Positions 18,400-27,890 of a stretch of 64,000 bases of DNA are shown here, one piece after another (positions within the stretch are counted from its first letter, which is position 1; the number at the start of each line of letters is the position of its first letter). Made by a program: the position numbers and the translations under genes. This DNA comes from Escherichia phage REP4. The notes beneath the pieces are model-generated. The model did no database searches. It had not been told where the DNA came from and was given only the letters and a program-made list of their open reading frames with translations. The stretch lies in the sequence record OQ174503.1; one strand, given 5' to 3'.

Positions 18400-18572
18400 T
18401 AAATGACGTTTTCAATAAAATTCTGGAGTTTTGTGTGAGCATCAACCATAATTTTCATTTCTTCCTTTGCGAAAGCTGTACCTCTTTCACGAGAAGAATA
18501 CTCATAGTCAGAAACTGCATTAGCATATTCTTCAATTAGCTTCATTAAAAACATCTGCTTTTCAGTTTTCAT
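18400..18572 (-). CDS. hypothetical small protein (57 aa, not in ORF track)
   Basis: ATG at 18572 behind AGGTGG; reads MKTEKQMFLMKLIEEYANAVSDYEY... Confidence 0.4.
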
Positions 18573-18756
18573 TATTCCACCTAATCATTTCAAGATATTG
18601 AACTAACTTAGCTTTGGATTTATCCAAATCCTTTTTAGCTGCTTCTATACCATCGTACGAATATCCTTCACAATGCTCAACTGCCAATTGGTATGAATCT
18701 ATTTCAATATCACGTGCTAATTTAATGATTTTTTCAAACTGTTCACGTGTTAGCAT
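18562..18756 (-). CDS. hypothetical protein
   Basis: 64-aa ORF. Confidence 0.45.
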   Translation of the reverse strand: MLTREQFEKIIKLARDIEIDSYQLAVEHCEGYSYDGIEAAKKDLDKSKAKLVQYLEMIRWNNEN

Positions 18757-18758
18757 AC

Positions 18759-18962
18759 TTAAACTCTCGTATTATGATCGATAATTTCATCAAGAAACAT
18801 ATCTAAAGCTTCTACAGCATTATCAACTTTAGCTTCAAGTTCTTCAGCGCCTTTATTTGCAATGCCTGCCGAAAACCAAGCAAAGTCACTAAGTTCCTCG
18901 TCTGCTTTGCGAATTAAAGCTACCAATTCTTTAATTTTATCTGCTTGTTCGATACTAATCAT
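18759..18962 (-). CDS. hypothetical acidic protein
   Basis: Start refined to [13 protein letters not shown] behind GGTGG; TAATG overlap with upstream gene. Confidence 0.45.
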   Translation of the reverse strand: MISIEQADKIKELVALIRKADEELSDFAWFSAGIANKGAEELEAKVDNAVEALDMFLDEIIDHNTRV

Positions 18963-19150
18963 TATTCCACCACATATGAAAGAGAGAATATTGCACACGC
19001 CATATGAGTTGCAGCTTCATCACACATATCATAACGTTTCTTAAGAAGTTTTTCAAGTTCTTCACTAGTAACTTCATCCATGTCGACGAAAAAATCACCA
19101 TTAATGATGACGTAGATATTTCCTTCTTGATTAAGTGCTTCAATTTTCAT
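18962..19150 (-). CDS. hypothetical protein
   Basis: Start refined to [10 protein letters not shown]... behind GAGGAGAA, downstream of an early promoter. Confidence 0.45.
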   Translation of the reverse strand: MKIEALNQEGNIYVIINGDFFVDMDEVTSEELEKLLKKRYDMCDEAATHMACAIFSLSYVVE

Positions 19151-19178
19151 GATGTTCTCCTCTTTATCTGATGGTTGT

Positions 19179-19207
19179 ATAGTATCACAGCTCAAATGGA
19201 AAGTAAA
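19179..19207 (-). promoter_or_regulatory. sigma70-type early promoter (-35 TTTACT, 17 bp, -10 TACTAT)
   Basis: Promoter-family member with conserved leader ACAACCATCAGA. Confidence 0.5.
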
Positions 19208-19218
19208 CCGGTAAAATG

Positions 19219-19243
19219 AAAAAAGTCTCCCGAAGGAGACTAA
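19219..19243 (-). terminator. hairpin terminator (AGUCUCC-UUCG-GGAGACU + U-run)
   Basis: 7-bp stem with tetraloop followed by a T6 tract on the minus strand after the stop of the 19246-19632 gene. Confidence 0.6.
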
Positions 19244-19245
19244 TG

Positions 19246-19632
19246 TTATTCGAGGGAAAGAAGATATTTACTCTGGTAAAACATTCCAGTAATATCATCT
19301 ATCGTGCTTTGAATGGCTGGAGGCATTTCTTTGTAAATGCTATTAGATTGGTCTAGTATGCGATCAATCATTTTAATTGTGTCGGTAGGAAGTTTACTAG
19401 CATCTGGAATTGAAGGTGTGTATTTTCTACCAGAATACCCCAAATACTGCTCACCAAATTTATCAATCAAATCTGGCAACTCAGAGAAAATAAAATCGTA
19501 TGCCTTGTGTCTAGCATAACTTTTAGTTTCAAAATGCGCAGAATGAAAATAAGCTTGCGCAGCCATTAATAAACCTAAGTATTCATCTGCCTTTGAAGGT
19601 TTTCCACTTTGTGAAAAGTCGCTGAATTTCAT
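19246..19632 (-). CDS. hypothetical protein
   Basis: 128-aa ORF; its ATG overlaps the reconstructed rI stop (ATGA). Confidence 0.5.
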   Translation of the reverse strand: MKFSDFSQSGKPSKADEYLGLLMAAQAYFHSAHFETKSYARHKAYDFIFSELPDLIDKFGEQYLGYSGRKYTPSIPDASKLPTDTIKMIDRILDQSNSIYKEMPPAIQSTIDDITGMFYQSKYLLSLE

Positions 19633-19923
19633 TCAGTCTCCAATTTAATGTTCATAATTCTAGCGTATGATTGTGCCATCTCCGCGCCTCGTTCTATACA
19701 TTCAAAATCAGAAGAACACGGGTCATTTTTTATAAGTCGTTCGCATAAAACTATAGAACTGTTCAGATGATTCTACGCTTTTATTTTCAAAAAGCATATA
19801 AACGTGTCTAATACCAGATTCCATAAATTTATCAAAATGAGGATCGACATTCGCTTCAATTGGCGGAGATAAAGCAAACGCTAATCCTAGCATGGCAAAT
19901 AGTGCCGTTGCTTTTAAGGCCAT
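19629..19923 (-). pseudogene. rI: rI lysis-inhibition regulator (antiholin), disrupted by +1 frameshift in an A6 run
   Basis: N-terminal 66 codons (MALKATALFAMLGL...FYSFMRTTYK) stop after the run at 19726-19731; the +1 frame continues [32 protein letters not shown] to the expected stop. Span is 295 nt, one more than 3 x 98. Confidence 0.7.
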
Positions 19924-19935
19924 AAAGGCCTCCTA

Positions 19936-20148
19936 TCATTTTTGTCCTGTATTTACTTTATGCCGATGCACGGCCTTAACTTTATCAAGGTATTTTTCAA
20001 AATTTCGCAATCTAGTATAGTCTGCCGGAGATTGGTTAAGTGATACTTCTCGACGCAAAGCTGAAATGATATTTCCAACTTCCCTACGAATTTCATCTAA
20101 TTGAAGAACAGTAAGATTGCGAAGTTGCTTTTCAGTTAATTGTAGCAT
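19936..20148 (-). CDS. hypothetical protein
   Basis: 70-aa ORF between tk and rI. Confidence 0.45.
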
Positions 20149-20190
20149 ATATACCCCTTTAGTTAGATAAACCTATTTATAACTTTTGCA

Positions 20191-20772
20191 CTAACCGAGC
20201 TTTTTAGTTAATTCATTCCAATGTTTTCTACACAAAGAAACATAAATTTCATCACCAATACAGATTTGATTACCTTCTTTAACTGGTGTTCCATCTTCCA
20301 TTAATCGAGCTGTCATAATCGCTTTTTTACCGCAATGACAAACTGCCTTTAGTTCAATAAGTTTATCTGCAATCGCCAAAAGTTCTTTAGAACCTTCAAA
20401 TAATTTTCCAGCGAAATCAGTCCTTAGACCATAAGCCATAACAGGAACATTATATGTATCGACAATTCGGCTTAATTGATGTACCTGTTCAGTTTTTAAA
20501 AACTGAGCTTCATCTACAAATACACAATGAATATCTTTTTGTGCTTCAGCCCATTTATAGAACTCAAAAATATCCATATCATCCGTAATAATATTCGCTT
20601 CCTGCTTAATTCCAATGCGAGAAACGACTTCACAGACAGAATCACGAGTATCAATAGCAGGCTTAAGAACTAATACACCCATTCCGCGTTCTTTATAATT
20701 ATGCGCAGCAGTCAAAAGAGAAGCAGATTTTCCAGCATTCATTGCTGCATAAGTAAAAATTAAACTCGCCAT
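20191..20772 (-). CDS. tk: thymidine kinase
   Basis: 193 aa; P-loop NAGKSASLL and C-terminal Zn-binding cysteines; matches T4 Tk length. Confidence 0.9.
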   Translation of the reverse strand: MASLIFTYAAMNAGKSASLLTAAHNYKERGMGVLVLKPAIDTRDSVCEVVSRIGIKQEANIITDDMDIFEFYKWAEAQKDIHCVFVDEAQFLKTEQVHQLSRIVDTYNVPVMAYGLRTDFAGKLFEGSKELLAIADKLIELKAVCHCGKKAIMTARLMEDGTPVKEGNQICIGDEIYVSLCRKHWNELTKKLG

Positions 20773-20781
20773 ATCACCTTC

Positions 20782-20967
20782 TTAAAGCGTATTCACATAA
20801 GCTATTAATTCGTTTTCTTTCTTATCAAACCGGTCAGCAAATTCTTCCTGTTGTTCGGGAGATAGCGGGCCGTATTCATCATAAAAGGTGTTTGCTTCTA
20901 TATGCTCATCTAGAAGTTCATGGATAAGCTCAAACAATTTATCTTTTTGTTCTTTACTCAGACTCAT
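20782..20967 (-). CDS. hypothetical acidic protein
   Basis: 61-aa ORF. Confidence 0.45.
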   Translation of the reverse strand: MSLSKEQKDKLFELIHELLDEHIEANTFYDEYGPLSPEQQEEFADRFDKKENELIAYVNTL

Positions 20968-21137
20968 ATATTAATTTCCAGAAGTTTTAAAATAATTCGC
21001 TTTTGCTTAAATATTTCCATAGTTAAATGATCAGTATCTTTTTGACCAATTCCGATGGCAAAACCTTTATTAACAGCGAGTTCAATTAAATTATCAAGCT
21101 CACGTAACACTTCATATTGTAACTCAGAACTATTCAT
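20964..21137 (-). CDS. hypothetical small protein (57 aa, not in ORF track)
   Basis: ATGA overlap with the upstream gene; reads MNSSELQYEVLRELDNLIELAVNKGF... Confidence 0.35.
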   Translation of the reverse strand: MNSSELQYEVLRELDNLIELAVNKGFAIGIGQKDTDHLTMEIFKQKRIILKLLEINI

Positions 21138-21361
21138 TTTGGTTTACCTTCTTTAACAAAATCGGGATAAGGATAAAATCCTGAATAAAATCCTTCACCT
21201 TTATGATTAATGCATCCTTTATTAGAGCAATAGCACCAATAATCGAAATCACAAGCCATTTCATCATTGCATAAAGCAAAAACAACTGGCCATTTACACT
21301 TTTCACAATGTGCATTTTTAAGAATGCTAGTTTGGCTCATAACCGTGTAACCTTTAAGCAA
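21134..21361 (-). CDS. cysteine-rich small protein (putative Zn-binding)
   Basis: 75 aa with nine Cys including CEKC and CxC pairs. Confidence 0.45.
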   Translation of the reverse strand: MLKGYTVMSQTSILKNAHCEKCKWPVVFALCNDEMACDFDYWCYCSNKGCINHKGEGFYSGFYPYPDFVKEGKPK

Positions 21362-21549
21362 TATTCTTCTACATGCTGTTTACGACCTTTCTTATCAATA
21401 AAGGTATATTCAACGAATGTTCCAATATAGTCTTTATCTACATCATGTGGACTATTAATTGGGCATTTAGTACGGCAAATGCGTTCCCATTGACGAATAA
21501 TTTCCACTTTGTTTTTAGGATCAAACGGATGCGGGTAATGTGCTTTCAT
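21337..21549 (-). CDS. hypothetical protein
   Basis: 70-aa ORF. Confidence 0.4.
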   Translation of the reverse strand: MKAHYPHPFDPKNKVEIIRQWERICRTKCPINSPHDVDKDYIGTFVEYTFIDKKGRKQHVEEYCLKVTRL

Positions 21550-22000
21550 AATCCACCACTATTAAATCAATATCAGGAGTAAACATGTCGATTAATTTAG
21601 AAACCTTATCCCAATCGCCGCCAGCAATACCGCAACCTATGCGTGGAATATAAATTACTGGTTTAAACAAAAGGGTCTCTGCCTGTAGATTTAATTCTAT
21701 CATGCAGTTTACTAAAGCACCATAATCAAGATTAGGACCCGGTTCGTATTGCGTATAAAGGTTATAGCATATACCAAATCCTGTAGGACTGTGTTTAAAA
21801 ACAATAGACATATCGCCTAATTTATCACGAGAACCGTACTCGGTAGTGGTTTTATCTATTTCTAAAATTTTGGGATAGGCTTTTGCTAATTGACCTGCTA
21901 CGCCAGAGCCCATTGTGTGGAAGCAATTGCACCCGTGCGCAATAATATTACCTTGAAGAAATAGGGCGACAATATCGCCCTTGATATATTTTACAATCAT
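21521..22000 (-). CDS. macro-domain protein (putative ADP-ribose binding/processing)
   Basis: 159 aa; N-terminal GDI...QGNIIAHGCNCFHTMGSGVAGQLAKA and later IPRIGCGIAGG resemble macro-domain motifs (GDIT / NAAN / GGGV / G-x-G-G). Confidence 0.55.
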   Translation of the reverse strand: MIVKYIKGDIVALFLQGNIIAHGCNCFHTMGSGVAGQLAKAYPKILEIDKTTTEYGSRDKLGDMSIVFKHSPTGFGICYNLYTQYEPGPNLDYGALVNCMIELNLQAETLLFKPVIYIPRIGCGIAGGDWDKVSKLIDMFTPDIDLIVVDYESTLPASV

Positions 22001-22338
22001 CTAGTACTCAATCCTCGATTATAAGAATCTACCAAACGGTCAACCATTGAATGACAAGCGGCTTTATCTTTCTCCTCCGCAACTGAACATTCTAAGGTAT
22101 TCCACTTTTTAGCATATCGTTTTAATAAAGTATCATTTTTGTATCTGCTTGATTTATCTCTTTCTCCGTCTTTATATGCATATATTAATTTCTGCGCAAA
22201 TTCAGCTTGGCATGCTTTATTTTTCCCGCAATAATCCGCGGCAGTACGGTTTACATACTCTCTAATTTCAGTATATGATGTATTTGCTAACGCAGAAAAT
22301 GAAATTAATCCTATACATAAAACCAAAATTTTAGTCAT
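21997..22338 (-). CDS. small secreted/periplasmic protein
   Basis: 113 aa with N-terminal signal peptide (MTKILVLCIGLISFSALA) and four Cys. Confidence 0.5.
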   Translation of the reverse strand: MTKILVLCIGLISFSALANTSYTEIREYVNRTAADYCGKNKACQAEFAQKLIYAYKDGERDKSSRYKNDTLLKRYAKKWNTLECSVAEEKDKAACHSMVDRLVDSYNRGLSTR

Positions 22339-22876
22339 TTACTATTTCCAAAAGTTTATTATTTTTAAGGTAGTTAGCCTTTTCTAGGACTTCAGAAGCA
22401 TATTTAGAACCTGCTTTAACATTCCATCCCGAATTATAAGAGGATATTGCCTTTCTTATATCACCCTTATGTATATTTAACCAATAAGAAAGTTCAATGT
22501 ACGCCCAGGAAGCTGAATTGGACCGTTTATTCAACATTCTTTTTATTTCGGCATCGGTCATATTATAACCAAGTTCCTTAATTCTTGCTCGCATGGTCGG
22601 CAAATAATTTTGGAACATTCCGTAGGCATGATGCTTTGGTTTAGATTTTAAATTAACTCCGGCAGAGCTTTCTTGCCATAAAATAGCAGCCATTATATGA
22701 CCTAATCCACTCTTGTGGATATTTTTGTGTGTTTTATATTTTCCATCCTTAGAAAATTGTTCCCCGAATTGATACGCGTAACGCATGTTATCGAGTTGGA
22801 CATTACTGAAAGTATGCTCGGAGCTATGTGCCATCATAGAAATGGCCAATAGACCAGCGAGTAGTGCTTTTCTCAT
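22331..22876 (-). CDS. periplasmic lytic transglycosylase-like protein (SLT domain)
   Basis: 181 aa; signal peptide then SLT-type motifs (LWQESS, GMFQ, SYNSGW). Confidence 0.6.
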   Translation of the reverse strand: MRKALLAGLLAISMMAHSSEHTFSNVQLDNMRYAYQFGEQFSKDGKYKTHKNIHKSGLGHIMAAILWQESSAGVNLKSKPKHHAYGMFQNYLPTMRARIKELGYNMTDAEIKRMLNKRSNSASWAYIELSYWLNIHKGDIRKAISSYNSGWNVKAGSKYASEVLEKANYLKNNKLLEIVND

Positions 22877-22883
22877 GCTTACC

Positions 22884-23345
22884 TCATTGAGTTTTAATTA
22901 CTGCTTTAGAAGCCTTTCCTGGTAAACGACGACTGTTGATAATTGCCATCCTGCATTGAAGCGACGGGTCTTTGAACTTCGCATTAGGTTTACAAACTGT
23001 AAATCCAAGCCAAAGATTTCCATCGGTGATTTCTAAACGCCCAGGACGATATTCAACCCCATCAATAAAATCCTCGTCAATGTCAGGACGCGGAGGCATA
23101 CTTAGGAATTCATTAACTTCTAAAACATGGTCTTTTATTTTATGGAATAATTCAAAAACATATGTCTCATCAATCTCCCGTTGAATTGCGCGATCAAGAA
23201 GATGCTGAGAATATTTTAGATGAAACGATGAGACCCCTGCTGCTTTTGATGCCTCACGAATCTCATTGTTAATTTGACGAAACTCCGACTCAAAGTGACG
23301 ACGGAGCTTATTTCGACGGATAAAAACTTCTGTGTTGATAGTCAT
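22884..23345 (-). CDS. regB: RegB site-specific endoribonuclease
   Basis: 153 aa matching T4 RegB in length; early promoter immediately upstream. Confidence 0.8.
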   Translation of the reverse strand: MTINTEVFIRRNKLRRHFESEFRQINNEIREASKAAGVSSFHLKYSQHLLDRAIQREIDETYVFELFHKIKDHVLEVNEFLSMPPRPDIDEDFIDGVEYRPGRLEITDGNLWLGFTVCKPNAKFKDPSLQCRMAIINSRRLPGKASKAVIKTQ

Positions 23346-23372
23346 GTTATTCTCCTCTTAACTGATAGAAAA

Positions 23373-23401
23373 ATTATACCACAGTCAAGAGGAAAAGTAA
23401 A
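23373..23401 (-). promoter_or_regulatory. sigma70-type early promoter (-35 TTTACT, 17 bp, TG-extended -10 TATAAT)
   Basis: Consensus hexamers upstream of regB. Confidence 0.55.
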
Positions 23402-23404
23402 CAG

Positions 23405-23725
23405 TTATTCTTTAAATCTAATCAATTTATTCATAGACTTTGAAACTTCTGCACGAACCTCATGTAGGTTTTTAAGCTGTTCAAGACGCTGCTCATAGTA
23501 AGCAATTTCATCTTCTTCGAGACAGTCCTGTGAATCTTCTTTAAGATAACGTGCATAGTCCTGGAAAGCTTTACGGACTACTTCCTGGAAGTCATCAAGA
23601 CTTTGAATTTTCTTAGGAGCAACAGATACACGACGAGGGGCAGTATAATACTCATAACCAAACCCTGCGCTTAATTGAGCCATTAATATTTTTCCTCTGG
23701 TTGAAACACAGCACGACAAGCCCAC
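23405..23725 (-). CDS. hypothetical protein (vs.3 position)
   Basis: 106-aa ORF. Confidence 0.5.
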   Translation of the reverse strand: MGLSCCVSTRGKILMAQLSAGFGYEYYTAPRRVSVAPKKIQSLDDFQEVVRKAFQDYARYLKEDSQDCLEEDEIAYYEQRLEQLKNLHEVRAEVSKSMNKLIRFKE

Positions 23726-23985
23726 ATACTAGCTTCTTTGAGTTTCGTTTTAGCAATAGTTAACTGATCGATGCTTTCAGCATAATTCTTCGCGAATTCA
23801 TAGTCTTCACAATTATTTAGCACTTCCCAGAATTCGTCGTATAAAGCATCAAAGATAAGTCCTAAACGAACTTCAGCGTCTTTGATTGCATTCACTTTAC
23901 CGATTTTCTCTTCAGTATGGGGCTTATAACCTTTAATGTCTTCAATCATATTTGACTTCCTCACCAGTACATAAATCATATTCAA
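23683..23985 (-). CDS. hypothetical protein (vs.4 position; candidate Acb2-like cyclic-nucleotide sponge)
   Basis: About 90-100 aa helical protein at the position of T4 vs.4; assignment is by synteny only. Confidence 0.35.
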   Translation of the reverse strand: MNMIYVLVRKSNMIEDIKGYKPHTEEKIGKVNAIKDAEVRLGLIFDALYDEFWEVLNNCEDYEFAKNYAESIDQLTIAKTKLKEASMWACRAVFQPEEKY

Positions 23986-24163
23986 CTAAACGAATAGGTT
24001 CATGAATGCCATATCCCTGAACGGAAATTTCTGTCGTAGGATAAATTCCACTAATATCACCCATGTTCCATGCTTCATTAAATTGCTGTTCGCCTGAATT
24101 ACTAAACCATTCGGCGAAAGCATTTAGCACATCTTCAGAACCTTCAATAATTATCTTTGCCAT
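23942..24163 (-). CDS. hypothetical protein
   Basis: 73-aa ORF. Confidence 0.45.
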   Translation of the reverse strand: MAKIIIEGSEDVLNAFAEWFSNSGEQQFNEAWNMGDISGIYPTTEISVQGYGIHEPIRLVEYDLCTGEEVKYD

Positions 24164-24525
24164 TACAGGCTCTCAGTAAAGGTACGAGCGATAACGTCGC
24201 GCTGCTGTTCCGGAGTCAGAGAGTTAAAGCGAACTGCATAACCGGATACACGGATGGTCAGCTGCGGATATTTTTCCGGATGCTTAACTGCATCTTCCAG
24301 AGTTTCACGACGCAGAACGTTAACGTTCAGGTGTTGACCACCCTCGATTTTAACTGTAGGTTGTGTTTCAATTTCAATTTCACGGGCATGCAAACCATAG
24401 AAAATTTCTGGGTCTACAAAAGAGTCCTCTTTAAAAGTTTTAGAGACAATAATTCGTGCTTGAATACCATCTTCAAAATAAATAGTACCTTTATGCGTGC
24501 CTTCAAGAATTTGATATGCTTTCAT
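24163..24525 (-). CDS. autonomous glycyl-radical cofactor (GrcA/YfiD-like)
   Basis: 120 aa; C-terminal about 60 aa carry the glycyl-radical motif [25 protein letters not shown] and look identical to E. coli GrcA as I recall it. Confidence 0.75.
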   Translation of the reverse strand: MKAYQILEGTHKGTIYFEDGIQARIIVSKTFKEDSFVDPEIFYGLHAREIEIETQPTVKIEGGQHLNVNVLRRETLEDAVKHPEKYPQLTIRVSGYAVRFNSLTPEQQRDVIARTFTESL

Positions 24526-24532
24526 ATAAACC

Positions 24533-24862
24533 TCAATTAGAAAATAAATTTATCCAAGATTGTTCTTTAATTAAAAATGGCTCAGAATCATATGCCATTA
24601 AACTCTGTGTGATTAGTCCTTTAAAAGGCCCATCAATAAATTCCATAGTAAAATATGGAATTTTATTCATTAGCCGTGCATTAGGAGCCGTGCACAAAAC
24701 TCTGCATCCTTTGAATACGCCTTTTTGTAATTTGTATTGCTTAGGATAAAATTCGCTCAAAATGTTATTTTTTGCTAAAATTTCAAAATGATTCACCAAT
24801 TTATTTTTAATAGTTTTTGGCGAAAAATAGAGATATTCGAAAAGCTGAGTGTCTGTCATCAT
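24533..24862 (-). CDS. hypothetical protein
   Basis: Start refined to [10 protein letters not shown]..., overlapping the stop of the upstream gene. Confidence 0.45.
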   Translation of the reverse strand: MMTDTQLFEYLYFSPKTIKNKLVNHFEILAKNNILSEFYPKQYKLQKGVFKGCRVLCTAPNARLMNKIPYFTMEFIDGPFKGLITQSLMAYDSEPFLIKEQSWINLFSN

Positions 24863-25398
24863 TGCATTCCGATTACGAAAAACTGTGGACGAGTAATACC
24901 ACCAATGCAACATTTAATATTACAGCAGCAGTGTACAGTGTCAATATGGACACTATAAATCTTATCCATATCAGGAGATTTGACAGGCTCATCAATTATA
25001 TATAAAATTCGCGAAAGCTTTAAACCTCTGAACTTGCTTCCTTTATTACCGATAAAACTGCGCACAGAATCAGTAAATAAACGAAAACGTATATCATCAT
25101 TAGAATAACGCGAAAATTCCTTTTTAATGTTATTTGCAGAAATTTTAGCGTAAGCTGAAGTATTAGAAAGAACAATAACTGTTCCGCCATCATACAACCA
25201 ATTAGCAGCAAAGTTAGTCACAGCAATTGATTTACCGGATTGACGTCCACCGTCTAGTCGAAGTGTGCAATACTGTTTAAGTAATTCTTCAAATGGCGGG
25301 ATATATTCGTTTTTACAAATTTCTTCTACTCTAGCATCAGAATGGTGTGTAAAAGCATTCATCAGGGATAGATAAGGACCAGTTAAAAATGTTCTCAT
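24859..25398 (-). CDS. P-loop NTPase-like protein
   Basis: 179 aa; Walker A-like GGRQSGKS and Walker B-like ILYIIDE. Confidence 0.45.
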   Translation of the reverse strand: MRTFLTGPYLSLMNAFTHHSDARVEEICKNEYIPPFEELLKQYCTLRLDGGRQSGKSIAVTNFAANWLYDGGTVIVLSNTSAYAKISANNIKKEFSRYSNDDIRFRLFTDSVRSFIGNKGSKFRGLKLSRILYIIDEPVKSPDMDKIYSVHIDTVHCCCNIKCCIGGITRPQFFVIGMQ

Positions 25399-25538
25399 TT
25401 CTTCTCTCTAAATTTGGGCCATTCCGTGGCGCATGAATTGTCCATTTCTGTATTTACCCATTACCGCACTTGGGCTCGACCTTATTACAGGTTGGCGGGA
25501 ATCCCTCACAGAATCATGAGGTCCAGGTTGTTCCCATA

Positions 25539-26012
25539 TTATTTGAACGATTTAACGTACTGAATAGAACCTTTACTATTCACGAAAGCGATTTTACCAT
25601 TTTTATTATACATGGTAGCAGTACGCTGATAGCCATAAGTTTGCTTACCAGATTGATAACCAACTAATGCAAAATTATCTTCACCCATTTTATTCTGTTT
25701 AGCGCGAATGCGTTCATGACCATGTGCCATAAGAACCTTAGCATCACCAGTTGCAATGGATCGACGAGTTTTTTCATCTTCAACTGTATTAACAAAGTCG
25801 TCAAATGAATCAAATTTAGCATGAGATTTATTATACAGTTTTCCATCTACTGCATAATTATATCCCTGTACATCCATCTCAACTTCTGTACCATCATCCA
25901 ATACAGCAGTGATTTTCTGTCCTTTTTTAAATTTCAAAAGATCAGTAAAAGATTCAGCAATAATTTGAGAATTAATAGTTGCTTCAGTAATAAATTCTTG
26001 ATATGTTTTCAT
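25539..26012 (-). CDS. internal-protein-like head protein with N-terminal capsid-targeting sequence
   Basis: 157 aa beginning MKTYQEFITEA, the conserved internal-protein leader shared with ipI. Confidence 0.6.
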   Translation of the reverse strand: MKTYQEFITEATINSQIIAESFTDLLKFKKGQKITAVLDDGTEVEMDVQGYNYAVDGKLYNKSHAKFDSFDDFVNTVEDEKTRRSIATGDAKVLMAHGHERIRAKQNKMGEDNFALVGYQSGKQTYGYQRTATMYNKNGKIAFVNSKGSIQYVKSFK

Positions 26013-26028
26013 GTGTATCCTTTAATTT

Positions 26029-26346
26029 TTATTCTTTAGGGAAGTTTTTAGAATATGCATCATAAAGCTTATTTCCAATACGGCGGAAAACTCTAGCCGC
26101 AAAACGATTTTCTGGGTTTTTAATCATGATTTGCATCATATAAGTACCCGCGTCAGAAAGAGCTTCTTCATAGTACCCGTTAATTTCTTTAAGAGTCCTA
26201 CGTTTACCACCAGGACCATCAACAGTGATTTTCCATTTACCTGTAGAAGTGCGACTTGGCGGCTCAACTTGTTCAATCCAGATATAACCGCCTTCTACAC
26301 GTTGTCCTTGGGCAGATTCTGCAATAAATTCTTTAAACGTTTTCAT
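26029..26346 (-). CDS. internal-protein-like head protein with capsid-targeting sequence
   Basis: 105 aa beginning MKTFKEFIAES; early promoter upstream. Confidence 0.6.
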   Translation of the reverse strand: MKTFKEFIAESAQGQRVEGGYIWIEQVEPPSRTSTGKWKITVDGPGGKRRTLKEINGYYEEALSDAGTYMMQIMIKNPENRFAARVFRRIGNKLYDAYSKNFPKE

Positions 26347-26383
26347 ATGGTTCCTTTAAATATTTTAATTAGTAACTATGAAT

Positions 26384-26412
26384 ATACTATCACAGTTCTA
26401 GGAGAAAGTAAA
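26384..26412 (-). promoter_or_regulatory. sigma70-type early promoter (-35 TTTACT, 17 bp, -10 TAGTAT)
   Basis: Promoter-family member at the 3' end of e, driving the internal-protein genes. Confidence 0.5.
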
Positions 26413-26417
26413 CAACT

Positions 26418-27386
<969 letters not shown>

Positions 27387-27405
<19 letters not shown>

Positions 27406-27890
27406 TCAGTGATAAAATTATTTAAATTTTGAGTATATTTCTTTTCATCAAAAATCTTTTGCTGCCTACGTAACCGCCATGGCATTTCAATGAACACGCA
27501 CCATATTCCTGATAGTACTGCTGCTGTAAAAATATTAACAAGTATAATTAAAAGAATCCAATCTTCCGTTCTGCCTACTGGACTTTCTCCAAAGAAGCAA
27601 AATACAAATGATGTCACAGGAAAACTAATAATATACCACAGAATCATAATCTTATCTGTGAACCAATCAGCGTTCGTTAATTTAGCGCGACCATTATGAA
27701 TACACACGAATTTATCATCTGTTGCAGTAGATGGCTTAACTGGTTGATATCCCATTCTAAACTCCCTAATCAGCAAATTTTTCATATCTTCGGAACAGCC
27801 ATTCCAGTCAACTCTATCAACTGAAATGCCATCATCCCCGTCATCTAAATCATACCAGCGAGTTTTTAAAATCATTTGATTTTCCTGCAA
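27387..27890 (-). CDS. membrane protein, tandem paralog 1
   Basis: 167 aa; transmembrane hairpin; C-terminal motif FITECRKLK. Confidence 0.5.

Noticed and set aside
21130-21315. 61-aa minus-strand ORF from the ORF track
   Set aside because: Almost completely overlapped in another frame by the Cys-rich ORF 21134-21361, which has the better coupling to neighbours; the separate 57-aa ORF at 20964-21137 was preferred for the downstream space.
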